Translations under genes and position numbers: made by a program | Shown here: one piece after another, positions 28,678-37,187 of the stretch | How the letters are laid out: each line of letters starts with the position of its first letter | Position numbering within the stretch: position 1 is the stretch's first letter | The notes under the pieces: model-generated | Database searches by the model: none | The model's input: the letters and a program-made list of their open reading frames with translations, nothing else | Told to the model about the DNA's origin: nothing | DNA from: a virus | Taxonomy: Duplodnaviria; Heunggongvirae; Uroviricota; Caudoviricetes | Strand: one strand, 5' to 3' | IMG/VR virus record: IMGVR_UViG_2531839666_000032 | DNA: 43,524 bases

Positions 28678-28839
28678 ATTCCTCCTTGCTGCCAGTCGCA
28701 ACCATTTTTTATCAACCAGGCTAGCGGTATATCCGAGCAGTGTTGGTATTTCGGATGGCTTCGGCTCAGGCTTACGCTTACGACGATTTGATACTCTGTA
28801 GATGTGTCCGTTCATGACACGAATAAGCGGTGTAGCCAT
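28669..28839 (-). CDS. ninE: NinE protein
   Basis: 56-aa [59 protein letters not shown] found by hand; ATGA overlap with the ninB stop. Confidence 0.75.
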   Translation of the reverse strand: MATPLIRVMNGHIYRVSNRRKRKPEPKPSEIPTLLGYTASLVDKKWLRLAARRNHG

Positions 28840-29294
28840 TACGCCTCCTGCTTGTCACGGAGCAGCTGGAACTCGCAGCTCTGCGGAATAGTCAGGTGGC
28901 AGCCAATATTCACCGCCCAGGCTTCAACCTTACACAGGAAGACATACATCTCTCCGATATCAAGATCGGAGGTATGGCGTAACGACTGGATAGTGGTGAT
29001 ATCACCGGTTACGACATCAACCAGGTCTTTGGTTTCATAACCGAGATATGTGTGTTTGAGAGCATCTTTTACCCAAGCTGGAGTGGCGAACGTTTTACCC
29101 CTGTTGATGAGGTATTCACTGATTTCGCTGTACCACATGTGGCTGAGTGCATTCTGGGAAAGACTGCGTTTCTCACGCCACGGTTTAAGCACCATGCGAA
29201 AGCATTTGCCCTCCTCCAGATAAGGCTGGATCTGCCGACCGATAGCGGTGAAGTTACCGCGATGTAATTTGATGCCATCTTGTGGGAGATTCAC
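28839..29294 (-). CDS. ninB: NinB / YbcN recombination-associated protein, GTG start
   Basis: 151 aa (GTG)[61 protein letters not shown]. Confidence 0.85.
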   Translation of the reverse strand: MNLPQDGIKLHRGNFTAIGRQIQPYLEEGKCFRMVLKPWREKRSLSQNALSHMWYSEISEYLINRGKTFATPAWVKDALKHTYLGYETKDLVDVVTGDITTIQSLRHTSDLDIGEMYVFLCKVEAWAVNIGCHLTIPQSCEFQLLRDKQEA

Positions 29295-29392
29295 GCTTCA
29301 CCTCCGCAGAGGTCAAACGCTGGATACAATATATCGCAGGTGCATTTCTGCATCTGTGGAGGGAGAAGAGAGTTTGGATTGTGTGTGCGCAT
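29291..29392 (-). CDS. ylcH: Small protein YlcH
   Basis: 33-aa [36 protein letters not shown] found by hand; overlaps the ninB start. Confidence 0.5.
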   Translation of the reverse strand: MRTHNPNSLLPPQMQKCTCDILYPAFDLCGGEA

Positions 29393-29523
29393 AAACGTCC
29401 CCGTTTAGCGCAGAAGTCACCGGAGTTGTTCAGGCTCCGATGACATGATTATGGCGAGTTGATTATCGCAAATCAAAGGTTTGAACCGCCCCGGTTTTCC
29501 GGGAGAGTGTTTTATCTGTGAAC

Positions 29524-30423
29524 TCAGGCTGCCAGACCACCATTTCCGATGGAAGCGTAATATGCCTTTTCCGCTTCTGCCGGCGGGATATGACCCAGTC
29601 GTTCCAGCAACCGTCGGTTATTGTACCAGTCCACCCACGTCAGTGTGGCCAGTTCCACTTCGGCGCGGTTTTTCCAGCTCTTACGATGTATCACCTCCGC
29701 TTTATAAAGTCCGTTGATGCTCTCCGCCATCGCGTTGTCATATGAGTCGCCTGTGCTGCCGGTTGACGCCAGCAACTCTGCATCCTTAAGCCGCTGAGTG
29801 TATGCCAGCGACACATATTGTGACCCCTTATCTGAGTGATGGATGGTGCCCGACGGGCGACGGGCCCACAGCGCCTGCTCCAGTGCATCCAGCACGAACG
29901 TCGTTTTCATCGACGATGAGACCCGCCAGCCCACAATGACGCCGGCGAACACATCGATGATGAACGCCACGTAAGCGAAGCCCTGCCAGGTGCTCACATA
30001 CGTGAAGTCAGCCACCCACAGCTGGTCGGGGCGTTCTGCCACGAACTGGCGGTTCACCCGGTCACCCGCAGCGGCTTCTTTCCGGCTGACTGTGGTGCGG
30101 ACCTTTTTACCCCGGCGCACACCGGCAAGCCCCATCACCTTCATCAGCCGTTCTACTGTGCACCTGGCCACGGTCACCCCCTCACGCAACAACTGGCGCC
30201 AGACCTTGCGCACACCGTACACGCTGTGGTTTTCATCGTACACGCGCTGTATCTCCGGCTTCAGCAGGTCATCACGCTGTGCCCGCTGACTGCGTTTATC
30301 CGGATGCCGTTGATGCGCACGATGCCGGTAATACGTTGACGGGGCGACAGCCAGCTCGTGGCATACCGGTCCGACCCCGTGCGCACCACGCAGGGTATCC
30401 ACCAGAGGCGCTATTTTTTCCAC
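29524..30423 (-). CDS. IS629 OrfB, DDE integrase-type transposase catalytic subunit
   Basis: 299-aa ORF, ...[34 protein letters not shown]...[10 protein letters not shown]...; overlaps orfA in the -1 frame, consistent with the IS3-family frameshift. Confidence 0.9.
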   Translation of the reverse strand: MEKIAPLVDTLRGAHGVGPVCHELAVAPSTYYRHRAHQRHPDKRSQRAQRDDLLKPEIQRVYDENHSVYGVRKVWRQLLREGVTVARCTVERLMKVMGLAGVRRGKKVRTTVSRKEAAAGDRVNRQFVAERPDQLWVADFTYVSTWQGFAYVAFIIDVFAGVIVGWRVSSSMKTTFVLDALEQALWARRPSGTIHHSDKGSQYVSLAYTQRLKDAELLASTGSTGDSYDNAMAESINGLYKAEVIHRKSWKNRAEVELATLTWVDWYNNRRLLERLGHIPPAEAEKAYYASIGNGGLAA

Positions 30424-30737
30424 AGGCGGTCGAACTCCGCCTTCGCAAAATACGCGGAAGCCTGGCGCAGGATATCGTTGCTGCGGCGCAGTTCGCGGTT
30501 TTCACGCTCCAGTTCCTTCAGACGCTGACGTTCAGTGGTGCTCAGTCCGCCGTCACCTGCACCGGCATCGCGCTCATACTGACGCAGCCAGGTACGCAGG
30601 GTCTCAGGCGTACAGCCGATTTTAGGGGCGATGGAGCTGATGGCCGCCCACTGCGAGTCATAGTCATTCTGGCTTTCGATAACCATACGAACGGCCCGCT
30701 GACGGACCTCAGGGGAAAAGCGCGTATTTTTAGTCAT
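30411..30737 (-). CDS. IS629 OrfA, helix-turn-helix transposase subunit
   Basis: 108 aa [64 protein letters not shown]...[36 protein letters not shown]. Confidence 0.9.
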   Translation of the reverse strand: MTKNTRFSPEVRQRAVRMVIESQNDYDSQWAAISSIAPKIGCTPETLRTWLRQYERDAGAGDGGLSTTERQRLKELERENRELRRSNDILRQASAYFAKAEFDRLWKK

Positions 30738-30794
30738 CCTGTTTACCTCTCTCTCAAGGAGTTTAGTCTCCAGGATTCCCGGGGCGATTCAGTT

Positions 30795-31151
30795 TTAATT
30801 GTGCTTTATTCCTTCAAGCGTTGCCTTCATACCAACCAAAGAAATGTTTAGCTCTCCAACTTTCTCAGGGCTATATAATTCAGAATGAAGCCAATATTCT
30901 GATTTATCTAAACATCTTTTAGCCAGCTCTCGATCAAAGTCTACGACTTGGGAAGACGCTTCATACCAAAGCCTATAAAGTTTTTCTTCTTCGTTTGGGT
31001 TATTAGGCTCACCACGTTTTAATTTTTCAGTATATAAAATTGTTGAACAAATCGCAGGAGTTAATCCAGTGATTGCCCTCTGCCGCAGATCGGATTTGTT
31101 TGTTATCCACCCCAACAGACGATCTCCCATCCATGTGATAATTGTATCCAT
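30795..31151 (-). CDS. Hypothetical protein (118 aa), AT-rich cargo gene
   Basis: ORF MDTIITWMGDRLLGWITNKSDLRQRAITGLTPAICSTILYTEKLKRGEPNNPNEEEKLYRLWYEAS with AAGAAGGG Shine-Dalgarno; no family recognised; stop codon is 3 bp from the IS629 end. Confidence 0.55.
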   Translation of the reverse strand: MDTIITWMGDRLLGWITNKSDLRQRAITGLTPAICSTILYTEKLKRGEPNNPNEEEKLYRLWYEASSQVVDFDRELAKRCLDKSEYWLHSELYSPEKVGELNISLVGMKATLEGIKHN

Positions 31152-31612
31152 GCTTTAGCCCTTCTTAGTAAATAGTGTGTAGGGCGACTGAAGGACCGAG
31201 TTTATGCTTTTTCGCATTGCTTTCAGTTAGTACACCGGTATCGCACCGGAAACAATCCTACGGCAAATTGGTTGTCTGACCTCTCGGTTTTTCGTGCATT
31301 AACCGATACCCACTACAGTCTCGGCGAAAGCTGCACACCCCCAGGGTGTACTGGTAGCACTCGGCACAGCCTAGCACGCCACTTTCTTCTCACTATCCAG
31401 TCTAATTTTATCCCCTAGTCAGACACTCAGATGTAGTGCTCCGCAGCGGCATGCGGGGGAATACAAAAACTCGGACAAAATTGGGCCCTCCTTTTTGAAT
31501 CACTCGCGGGGATGTAGTTATTAATACATGGAAAAAGATCTGTTTTCAAATCCAACATTATATGGTTTCAATACCACGGGGTGGCTATGTGTTTCTCATT
31601 GTTAATTGGAAT

Positions 31613-31936
31613 CTACTGTAATCGATCCGAACGTAAATGCGGCAAAACTCGACTCCACTTATCATCCTGCCACGGCCGGAATTTTACATGTGCCGTTTCT
31701 CTGGCAAGGATTGCCTGTGCCTTATTGAGTATCTGGGGATATTCTTGCTCGATAGAAGTGAAGCGACCAGCTTCACGATGCTCCGCAACCTGAAGAAGAG
31801 GAGTAACGTTCTGGTAGGTAATTAACATCACATTCCCTGCTCGCCATAACCAGGCGAGTGTGCAAAGTTCGTTATCAGTGAATTGTTTTGTGATTGGGGA
31901 TTGTTGAACTGCTAGAACGAGAACGCCAGCATCCAT
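31613..31936 (-). CDS. Hypothetical protein (107 aa)
   Basis: ORF MDAGVLVLAVQQSPITKQFTDNELCTLAWLWRAGNVMLITYQNVTPLLQVAEHREAGRF with AGGGA Shine-Dalgarno; no family recognised. Confidence 0.5.
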   Translation of the reverse strand: MDAGVLVLAVQQSPITKQFTDNELCTLAWLWRAGNVMLITYQNVTPLLQVAEHREAGRFTSIEQEYPQILNKAQAILARETAHVKFRPWQDDKWSRVLPHLRSDRLQ

Positions 31937-32047
31937 TGGCAGTCCCTATAGTAAAACCATAGCTCAGGACGCTTCGTTCAGGATAGATAATTTTATTGTA
32001 CTTACCTAACTTTCTTACTATAGCACGGTTGAAAAAGTGATTATTAC

Positions 32048-33574
32048 TCAAAAATAAACCTCACCATCAACCATATATTTGAGAGCACTTATCGCCTGCT
32101 GGGCGGATATTACTTTCATTAAAGGATAGTGTTTAAAAACAATGCCATTCATAAAATAGATATCACAGCTTTTATTATCCGTATTAATTATGATTTTTTC
32201 GAATGTTTTATAGGCAAGTGTACGGCATAACTCTCGTCCATTTTTACTGGTTAAGTCAATAGCATAAAAATCACTGAATGAATTTACACCTTTACTCTTC
32301 AAAGTTTTCAATGATACCGAAGCCCTTCTTAATTCCTTATCTAATAGTCTTATTTTCTCTGCTATAGCGGTAACTTCAGGCGCGACAGACAATGCAACGA
32401 TTAAATTATTAATTTTCATCTGAAGCTCAATAATTTTTAACTCTAAAGTTTCATTAGCATCTTTCTTGTTTTCAACTGGTTGAATTTTGCTACAATTAAA
32501 AAGCAATTCATTAATGATATTATAATCAACCAAATCTCTTTTTATTGATGGCCTGTCACATCGATGTAATCTTCTCATCGGACAAACATAATAGCCATGC
32601 AAACTTCCAGATACCGCATGAACAATCATGGTATTACCACAAGCCTCACACTTCATAACTGTTCGAAGTAGATTTATTAGCATAGGATTCTTGCTACTAT
32701 TGCTAATACCAAAAGGTGCCAACCGAATTTCCTGTACAGCGTAAAACAAATCATCTGATATGACTCTGGGATAATAGCCAGCGATTTCACTTATCCCTTT
32801 CCCTCTTGCACGATATGAAGGTACGCATATACCTATCAGAGCTTTATTCGCTAATAATTTTTCAATTACAGAAGGTCCCCATGCACTTTCTTTTCCTGAG
32901 AAATTCTTTACAGCATGATCATTTAAATACTTGGCTATTGCATTCAATGAGCGCCTTTCCATCCTGAGTTTAAAAATTAGCTCAATAGTTTTCACCCTGT
33001 CGGGGTCTGGAACAAAAGCCGTTCTTTTGTCATCTAAGGAGAGCCATCTCGGACAAGACGCCGTCATAATCGTACCTGATTCCAGTGCATCCTGCCGTTT
33101 TTTCTTCCATGATAATTTAACCCGACTTGACTTTATCTCGCTTTCTTCATTTGCCCTTTGTGCTATAAGTATGGCTTTTATTAATGAATATGGCTCATTC
33201 AAAGAGTCAATATTATAGACTGTATTGTCGCAAAGAGTTATAACATCAATACCGTGATTCAAAATTAATTTCAGACGTTCAATCGCTTCACCGACTTTTT
33301 CTCTTGAAAGTCTGTCCAGACTTTCAACTAACAATGTAGTTCCTGGCAATATATAACCATGCTCTATAGCATCTAAAAATTCCGAAAAAGCTCCTGATTG
33401 TGCATGCTTTCCTTTGAATGCACTTAATCCTAAATCTTCATATGTTATGGTATCAAGATAATAATCACTATTTACCTTTAACCATTCAGCAATAAGTCTT
33501 CTCTGTCGGTTTAATGAGTCACCAGACATCTGACCTGGTGATGAAAATCGCATATATGCTATGGCTTTTTTCAT
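32048..33574 (-). CDS. ybcK: Large serine recombinase (resolvase-type N-terminal domain, recombinase domain, Cys-rich zinc ribbon), YbcK-like
   Basis: 508 aa MKKAIAYMRFSSPGQMSGDSLNRQRRLIAEW...; Cys cluster CEACGNTMIVH...YYVCPMRRLHRC; AT-rich. Confidence 0.85.
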   Translation of the reverse strand: MKKAIAYMRFSSPGQMSGDSLNRQRRLIAEWLKVNSDYYLDTITYEDLGLSAFKGKHAQSGAFSEFLDAIEHGYILPGTTLLVESLDRLSREKVGEAIERLKLILNHGIDVITLCDNTVYNIDSLNEPYSLIKAILIAQRANEESEIKSSRVKLSWKKKRQDALESGTIMTASCPRWLSLDDKRTAFVPDPDRVKTIELIFKLRMERRSLNAIAKYLNDHAVKNFSGKESAWGPSVIEKLLANKALIGICVPSYRARGKGISEIAGYYPRVISDDLFYAVQEIRLAPFGISNSSKNPMLINLLRTVMKCEACGNTMIVHAVSGSLHGYYVCPMRRLHRCDRPSIKRDLVDYNIINELLFNCSKIQPVENKKDANETLELKIIELQMKINNLIVALSVAPEVTAIAEKIRLLDKELRRASVSLKTLKSKGVNSFSDFYAIDLTSKNGRELCRTLAYKTFEKIIINTDNKSCDIYFMNGIVFKHYPLMKVISAQQAISALKYMVDGEVYF

Positions 33575-33756
33575 GGTGACACCTGCTAACGTATGCTTTT
33601 ATAAACCTTAGTGGTGGGATATAATTTTTGTTTAATTTTTATTTAAAAAAACAATTAAGGTCACATTATCTTGAATATACAACAATAATCGTATTGCAAT
33701 TTTCTTACGCCATAATCTTGAAAGCACAAAAGAACACATAAAAAAATAAAGACATT

Positions 33757-33799
33757 AACAAAAAGCATAAAACGAGGCTCATATAAATATAAGAGCCTC
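33757..33799 (-). terminator. Rho-independent terminator after emrE
   Basis: GAGGCTC / GAGCCTC stem with a 12-nt AT loop, followed on the minus strand by GTTTTATGCTTTTT. Confidence 0.6.
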
Positions 33800-33830
33800 C
33801 ATATTTTAGTCGTTTAGAAACAAATTATTT

Positions 33831-34163
33831 TTAATGTGGTGTGCTTCGTGACAATAGATTAATAACCAACACACCGGCACAAATCAACATCATGCCTATA
33901 ATGGCTGGCAGGTCCAGCCGTTGGCCGAAAAGTCCCCATGACAGTAAGCTAATCAGGACAATACCGACTCCTGACCAGATAGCATAAGCAATCCCTGTAG
34001 GAATATAAGCCAGCGTCTGAGCTAATAACCAGAATGATGCACAATAACAAATAATTGTACCAACAGATGGCCATAACCGTGTAAAACCTTCTGAAAACTT
34101 CATTAAGGTTGTACCAATGACCTCTGCAAGTATTGCACCACCAAGATAAATATAAGGGTTCAT
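33831..34163 (-). CDS. emrE: Small multidrug resistance (SMR) efflux transporter EmrE
   Basis: 110 aa from MNPYIYLGGAILAEVIGTTLMKFSEGFTRLWPSVGTIICYCASFWLLAQTLAYIPTGIAYAIWSGVGIVLISLLSWG; four TM helices; the ORF track extends 18 codons upstream. Confidence 0.9.
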   Translation of the reverse strand: MNPYIYLGGAILAEVIGTTLMKFSEGFTRLWPSVGTIICYCASFWLLAQTLAYIPTGIAYAIWSGVGIVLISLLSWGLFGQRLDLPAIIGMMLICAGVLVINLLSRSTPH

Positions 34164-34230
34164 AGCATATTCTTTCCTGTTCAAACTGGAGAGAATTGTA
34201 CTACAGTTTGAACTCAACTCACCTGTTTCA

Positions 34231-34533
34231 TCATTGTGTACCCATTGATGTTCTTTTATATACCCTCAATACCCGTTTCATCGCGGCACTCTGGCGACAC
34301 TCCTTAAAAATCAGATTCGTGCTCACCTTTCCTTCCCGTTCTTCTCTGGTAGCGAACCGGTAATACACCGTTCGCCAGACCTTACCATCAACGACCAGGA
34401 TTCCTGCCCGCGCCATTTTAGCCGCAGCCTGATTTATGCTGGTTACGGTTGCGCCTGTTACCGCGGCAACGTCCTGTGCACAGAAGCTCTTATGCGTCCC
34501 CAGGTAATGAATAATTGCCTCTTTGCCCGTCAT
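34231..34533 (-). CDS. ren: Ren protein
   Basis: 100 aa MTGKEAIIHYLGTHKSFCAQDVAAVTGATVTSINQAAAKMARAGILVVDGKVWRTVYYRFATREEREGK. Confidence 0.85.
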   Translation of the reverse strand: MTGKEAIIHYLGTHKSFCAQDVAAVTGATVTSINQAAAKMARAGILVVDGKVWRTVYYRFATREEREGKVSTNLIFKECRQSAAMKRVLRVYKRTSMGTQ

Positions 34534-35231
34534 ACACTTGCTCCTTTCAGTCCGAACTTAGCTTTAATTTCTGCGATCTTCGCCAGAGCCTGTGCACGAT
34601 TTAGAGGTCTACCGCCCATAACAGGAAGTTGTTTTACTGGTTCAGGTATCGTCTCACCACGGTTAATTCGCGCTGTCATACAGGTCAGTTCATCGGCAGC
34701 CTTGCGCCGTAATTCCGCGTCAGTCAGCGCATTGGCCCGCATGTTCTGGTACAAGTTGGTAACCAACCAGTAATGCGCGTTCGATTTCCACGGATAAGAC
34801 TCTGCATCCGGATACAGGCCACGCTTCCGGCAATACTCGTAAACCATATCAACCAGCTCGCTGACGTTTGGCAGCCCGGCGTTAACAGATGCTTCTTCCC
34901 GGCACCAGGCGACAAACTGCCCGGGTGATGGCAGGAATGGTCGATTCTGCCGACGGGCTACGCGCATTCCAGCGTTAACCTGTTCCATTGTGGTGATCCC
35001 GTTTTCCCGGAAAGCCAGAACCCACTGGCGGCGGATTTCGTTCAGTTCATTCTGGTCACGGTTAGCCAGGCTCGCCGGGAAAGTTGCCAGTAACTGGCTG
35101 AACACACCGTTGATGATCTGCGCTACCTGCTGTACCTGTGGCTTTTCGTCGTACTGTTCCGGCATGTTGTTGGCGATCCGGCGCATCTGCTCACAGTCAA
35201 AGTTAACCATCTGTGCGGCGATGTTTTTCAT
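34530..35231 (-). CDS. P: Replication protein P (DnaB helicase loader), lambda type
   Basis: 233 aa MKNIAAQMVNFDCEQMRRIANNMPEQYDEKPQVQQVAQIINGVFSQLLATFPASLANRDQNELNEIRRQWVLAFRENGITTMEQVNAGMRVARRQNRPFLPSPGQFVAWCREEA. Confidence 0.95.
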   Translation of the reverse strand: MKNIAAQMVNFDCEQMRRIANNMPEQYDEKPQVQQVAQIINGVFSQLLATFPASLANRDQNELNEIRRQWVLAFRENGITTMEQVNAGMRVARRQNRPFLPSPGQFVAWCREEASVNAGLPNVSELVDMVYEYCRKRGLYPDAESYPWKSNAHYWLVTNLYQNMRANALTDAELRRKAADELTCMTARINRGETIPEPVKQLPVMGGRPLNRAQALAKIAEIKAKFGLKGASV

Positions 35232-36157
35232 AGCTCCACCCCGTAAATCCAGTCAGTGTTCGTCAGGTCGAGTTTTGGTTTGCCGGCTGTCACGCCAGCC
35301 TGTTGCTTGTTTCGGTTGATTTCGAGCTGGGTCCACTTGTCGCGGAGTTTGGCCGGACTTAGCACGTTACCGGACCAGAAGTTGTCCTGGCATGCCCAGC
35401 GGAACAGCACGCACATGTCGCGGTGGTTACGTCCGTCACGTTCACGCATCAGGCGGATATCGTTAGCCCACCCTGCAAAATTCGGTTTTCTGGCTGATGG
35501 CGCGATGGTCTTCACCATGTCAAACATCCACTCTGCGGCGGTCAGGTCTTCTGCTGTCCCCCACTTGCTGCCGCTCTGAATTGCAGCATCCGGTTTCACC
35601 ACAGGAAGATCGTTTTCTGGTTGGTCAGAGGATTCGCCAGAATTCTCGGACGAAAAAGGTTTTATATTGTCTTTTGTTAGTTTGTCTTTTGTGTTTACCT
35701 GATTCGGGTAAACGCCTTTACCTGATTTGGGTAAACTTTTTTTACCTGATTCAGGTAAATTTACCTCTTTCAGGTAAACTTTATTTTTCTTACCTGATTC
35801 GGGTAATGTTGACCATTCACTGACCACATTATTAATGCCGGTATTCCGCCCGCTCTGAATAAAAATCCCACGCTTTACCAGAACACTTTTTGCAGCAGAA
35901 CACTTGTGCGGCAATATCCCGGTTAATTCGGAAAGTTGCTCGTTGCTAACCCAATCCAGTTTTTTATTAAAGCCATATGTTTTGCGCATGACAGCCAGAA
36001 AGACCAGAAGCTGGTGCTGTGTTAATCCGGCCAGCATCACAGCTTCCAGCAACTCATTTGCAATGCGCGTATAACCATCATCGAGATCTGCCACGCGCGG
36101 CTCCTTTTGTGCCGCATCCGGCACTGGAAAATTGAATATCTCAGCAGTGTTTGCCAT
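35228..36157 (-). CDS. O: Replication initiator O, chimeric: non-lambda iteron-binding N-terminal domain, lambda-like P-interacting C-terminal domain
   Basis: Start chosen at MANTAEIFNFPVPDAAQKEPRVADLDDGY (GGAGG Shine-Dalgarno); the ORF track extends to 36247; C-terminus ...FAGWANDIRLMRERDGRNHRDMCVLFRWACQDNFWSGNVLSPAKLRDKWTQLEINRNKQQAGVTAGKPKLDLTNTDWIYGVEL. Confidence 0.85.
   Translation of the reverse strand: MANTAEIFNFPVPDAAQKEPRVADLDDGYTRIANELLEAVMLAGLTQHQLLVFLAVMRKTYGFNKKLDWVSNEQLSELTGILPHKCSAAKSVLVKRGIFIQSGRNTGINNVVSEWSTLPESGKKNKVYLKEVNLPESGKKSLPKSGKGVYPNQVNTKDKLTKDNIKPFSSENSGESSDQPENDLPVVKPDAAIQSGSKWGTAEDLTAAEWMFDMVKTIAPSARKPNFAGWANDIRLMRERDGRNHRDMCVLFRWACQDNFWSGNVLSPAKLRDKWTQLEINRNKQQAGVTAGKPKLDLTNTDWIYGVEL
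35696..35806. repeat. Replication origin: five 17-bp iterons TTACC-N7-GGTAA inside the O gene, with an adjacent AT-rich tract at 35640-35695
   Basis: Iterons start at 35696, 35718, 35742, 35761 and 35790; they encode the LPESGKK-like repeats in O. Confidence 0.8.
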
Positions 36158-36243
36158 AATTCCTCCCGCAATGAGTGTGTTACGATTTGCACCTGAAAGT
36201 CGGTTCTGTTCCAGCAGACCGGCTTTCGCCATTTCTGAACCTG

Positions 36244-36783
36244 TCATATCGCCCCCAGCATGGTAGTAACCATCGCCATCAATGGACCAGCCAGATCTGG
36301 GTCCACACGAAACATCGACACAATACCTTCACTAATTTCCTTCAGTTTCTGGTGGCGTGGTGCGTTGAGAATGACAGCCTGTTTTGCCTCACTGAGTTCC
36401 TTTTCCATTTCAGCCAACCTAGCCATGAAGCTATCCTGCTCAACCAGGTAACCGCGATATTCCAGCGGTAGTACCGCCAGAATTGCCGGGGTCAGTTCAC
36501 GCACGTTATTTCGGTATTTTTCAGAATCGAATTTGTTATCGAGGAAGCGGAACAGCTTCTGGCGTGCACGGCTGACATCATCAGGGAAATCGATGGTGCC
36601 GCCGCCCTGCTCCCGATACTCATTCACAATGAGTGTGGCAACGACATCCTGATTATCTACAGCCGACCAGGCGCGGACGGCATCACGGATTTTTTCGTGG
36701 CCTGGCACCTGTTTTGTTTGAGAACGATTTATCACCGCAGTCGGGCTAAATCCGCTAGTCTGTTGGTATGTAAGTGGTTGCAT
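36244..36783 (-). CDS. CII-like lysogeny regulator (CP76-type), putative
   Basis: 179-aa ORF MQPLTYQQTSGFSPTAVINRSQTKQVPGHEKIRDAVRAWSA between cro and O; family assignment is from memory and weak. Confidence 0.5.
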   Translation of the reverse strand: MQPLTYQQTSGFSPTAVINRSQTKQVPGHEKIRDAVRAWSAVDNQDVVATLIVNEYREQGGGTIDFPDDVSRARQKLFRFLDNKFDSEKYRNNVRELTPAILAVLPLEYRGYLVEQDSFMARLAEMEKELSEAKQAVILNAPRHQKLKEISEGIVSMFRVDPDLAGPLMAMVTTMLGAI

Positions 36784-36852
36784 AATTGACTCCTTTAGTT
36801 TGAATTGACTGTTAAGTTGATTGCTTATTGTTAAAGAGCGTGAAATGGAAAT

Positions 36853-37083
36853 TTAAGCTGCGTTCTTTTCGGTGTGTGGAAACAACTTCGGAAGATCCGG
36901 GCGAATCTGGTATGCCTTCACTACTCCACCAGTAGCCGTAACAATGCTGCCGACATGTTCAGGGGATACCTTTGCTTTGTTGTGAAGCCACTTATAGACG
37001 GCCTGCTGTGAAACTTCGCAAGCAGCGCCCAGTTTCTTTTGTGAACCAACGATATTGATCGCTGTTTTGATAGCTGGGTTCAT
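36853..37083 (-). CDS. cro: Cro-like helix-turn-helix repressor
   Basis: 76 aa MNPAIKTAINIVGSQKKLGAACEVSQQAVYKWLHNKAKVSPEHVGSIVTATGGVVKAYQIRPDLP, divergent from cI; GGAGG Shine-Dalgarno. Confidence 0.8.
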   Translation of the reverse strand: MNPAIKTAINIVGSQKKLGAACEVSQQAVYKWLHNKAKVSPEHVGSIVTATGGVVKAYQIRPDLPKLFPHTEKNAA

Positions 37084-37187
37084 AACAACCTCCGTGGTTA
37101 ATTTGAATCAAGATTAAAACTATGGTTGTTTTTAGTCAACAACCATTTTCGTTTGATGAAATAAAACCTTGGTTGTACATTTGGACT
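37084..37187. promoter_or_regulatory. Immunity control region oR with divergent promoters: candidate pR (-35 TTGACT 37134-37139, -10 TAATCT 37111-37116, minus strand) and pRM (-35 TTGATG 37153-37158, -10 TACATT 37176-37181, plus strand), plus operator palindrome ATGGTTGTT-N7-AACAACCAT at 37122-37146
   Basis: Hexamers with 17-nt spacers and ACAAC/GTTGT half-sites read directly; pRM would give a leaderless cI mRNA as in lambda. Confidence 0.45.

Larger units (their letters stand above)
29482..30791 (-). mobile_element. IS629 (IS3 family), complete 1310-bp copy with terminal inverted repeats and a 3-bp GTT target-site duplication
   Basis: Ends TGAACCGCCCCGG at 29482 and TGAATCGCCCCGG (reverse complement) at 30791; GTT at 29479-29481 and 30792-30794; encodes OrfA and OrfB. 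Confidence 0.9.

Noticed and set aside
29295-31151. Possibility that IS629 disrupted a coding sequence
   Set aside because: The insertion lies 3 bp after the stop of the 118-aa ORF and upstream of ylcH; both flanking ORFs are intact, so it is intergenic.
35696-35806. Possible CRISPR-like array
   Set aside because: The repeats are 17 bp with internal dyad symmetry, irregularly spaced and inside the O gene, which is origin iteron architecture; no cas genes are present.
36158-36247. Upstream extension of O overlapping the cII-like stop
   Set aside because: The internal ATG at 36157 has a GGAGG Shine-Dalgarno and its product aligns from its first residues with the lambda O N-terminus; the extension is kept only as an alternative.
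37122-37187. N-terminal 22-codon extension of cI in the ORF track
   Set aside because: Would translate through the operator palindrome and promoter elements; the internal ATG at 37188 coincides with the predicted pRM start site.
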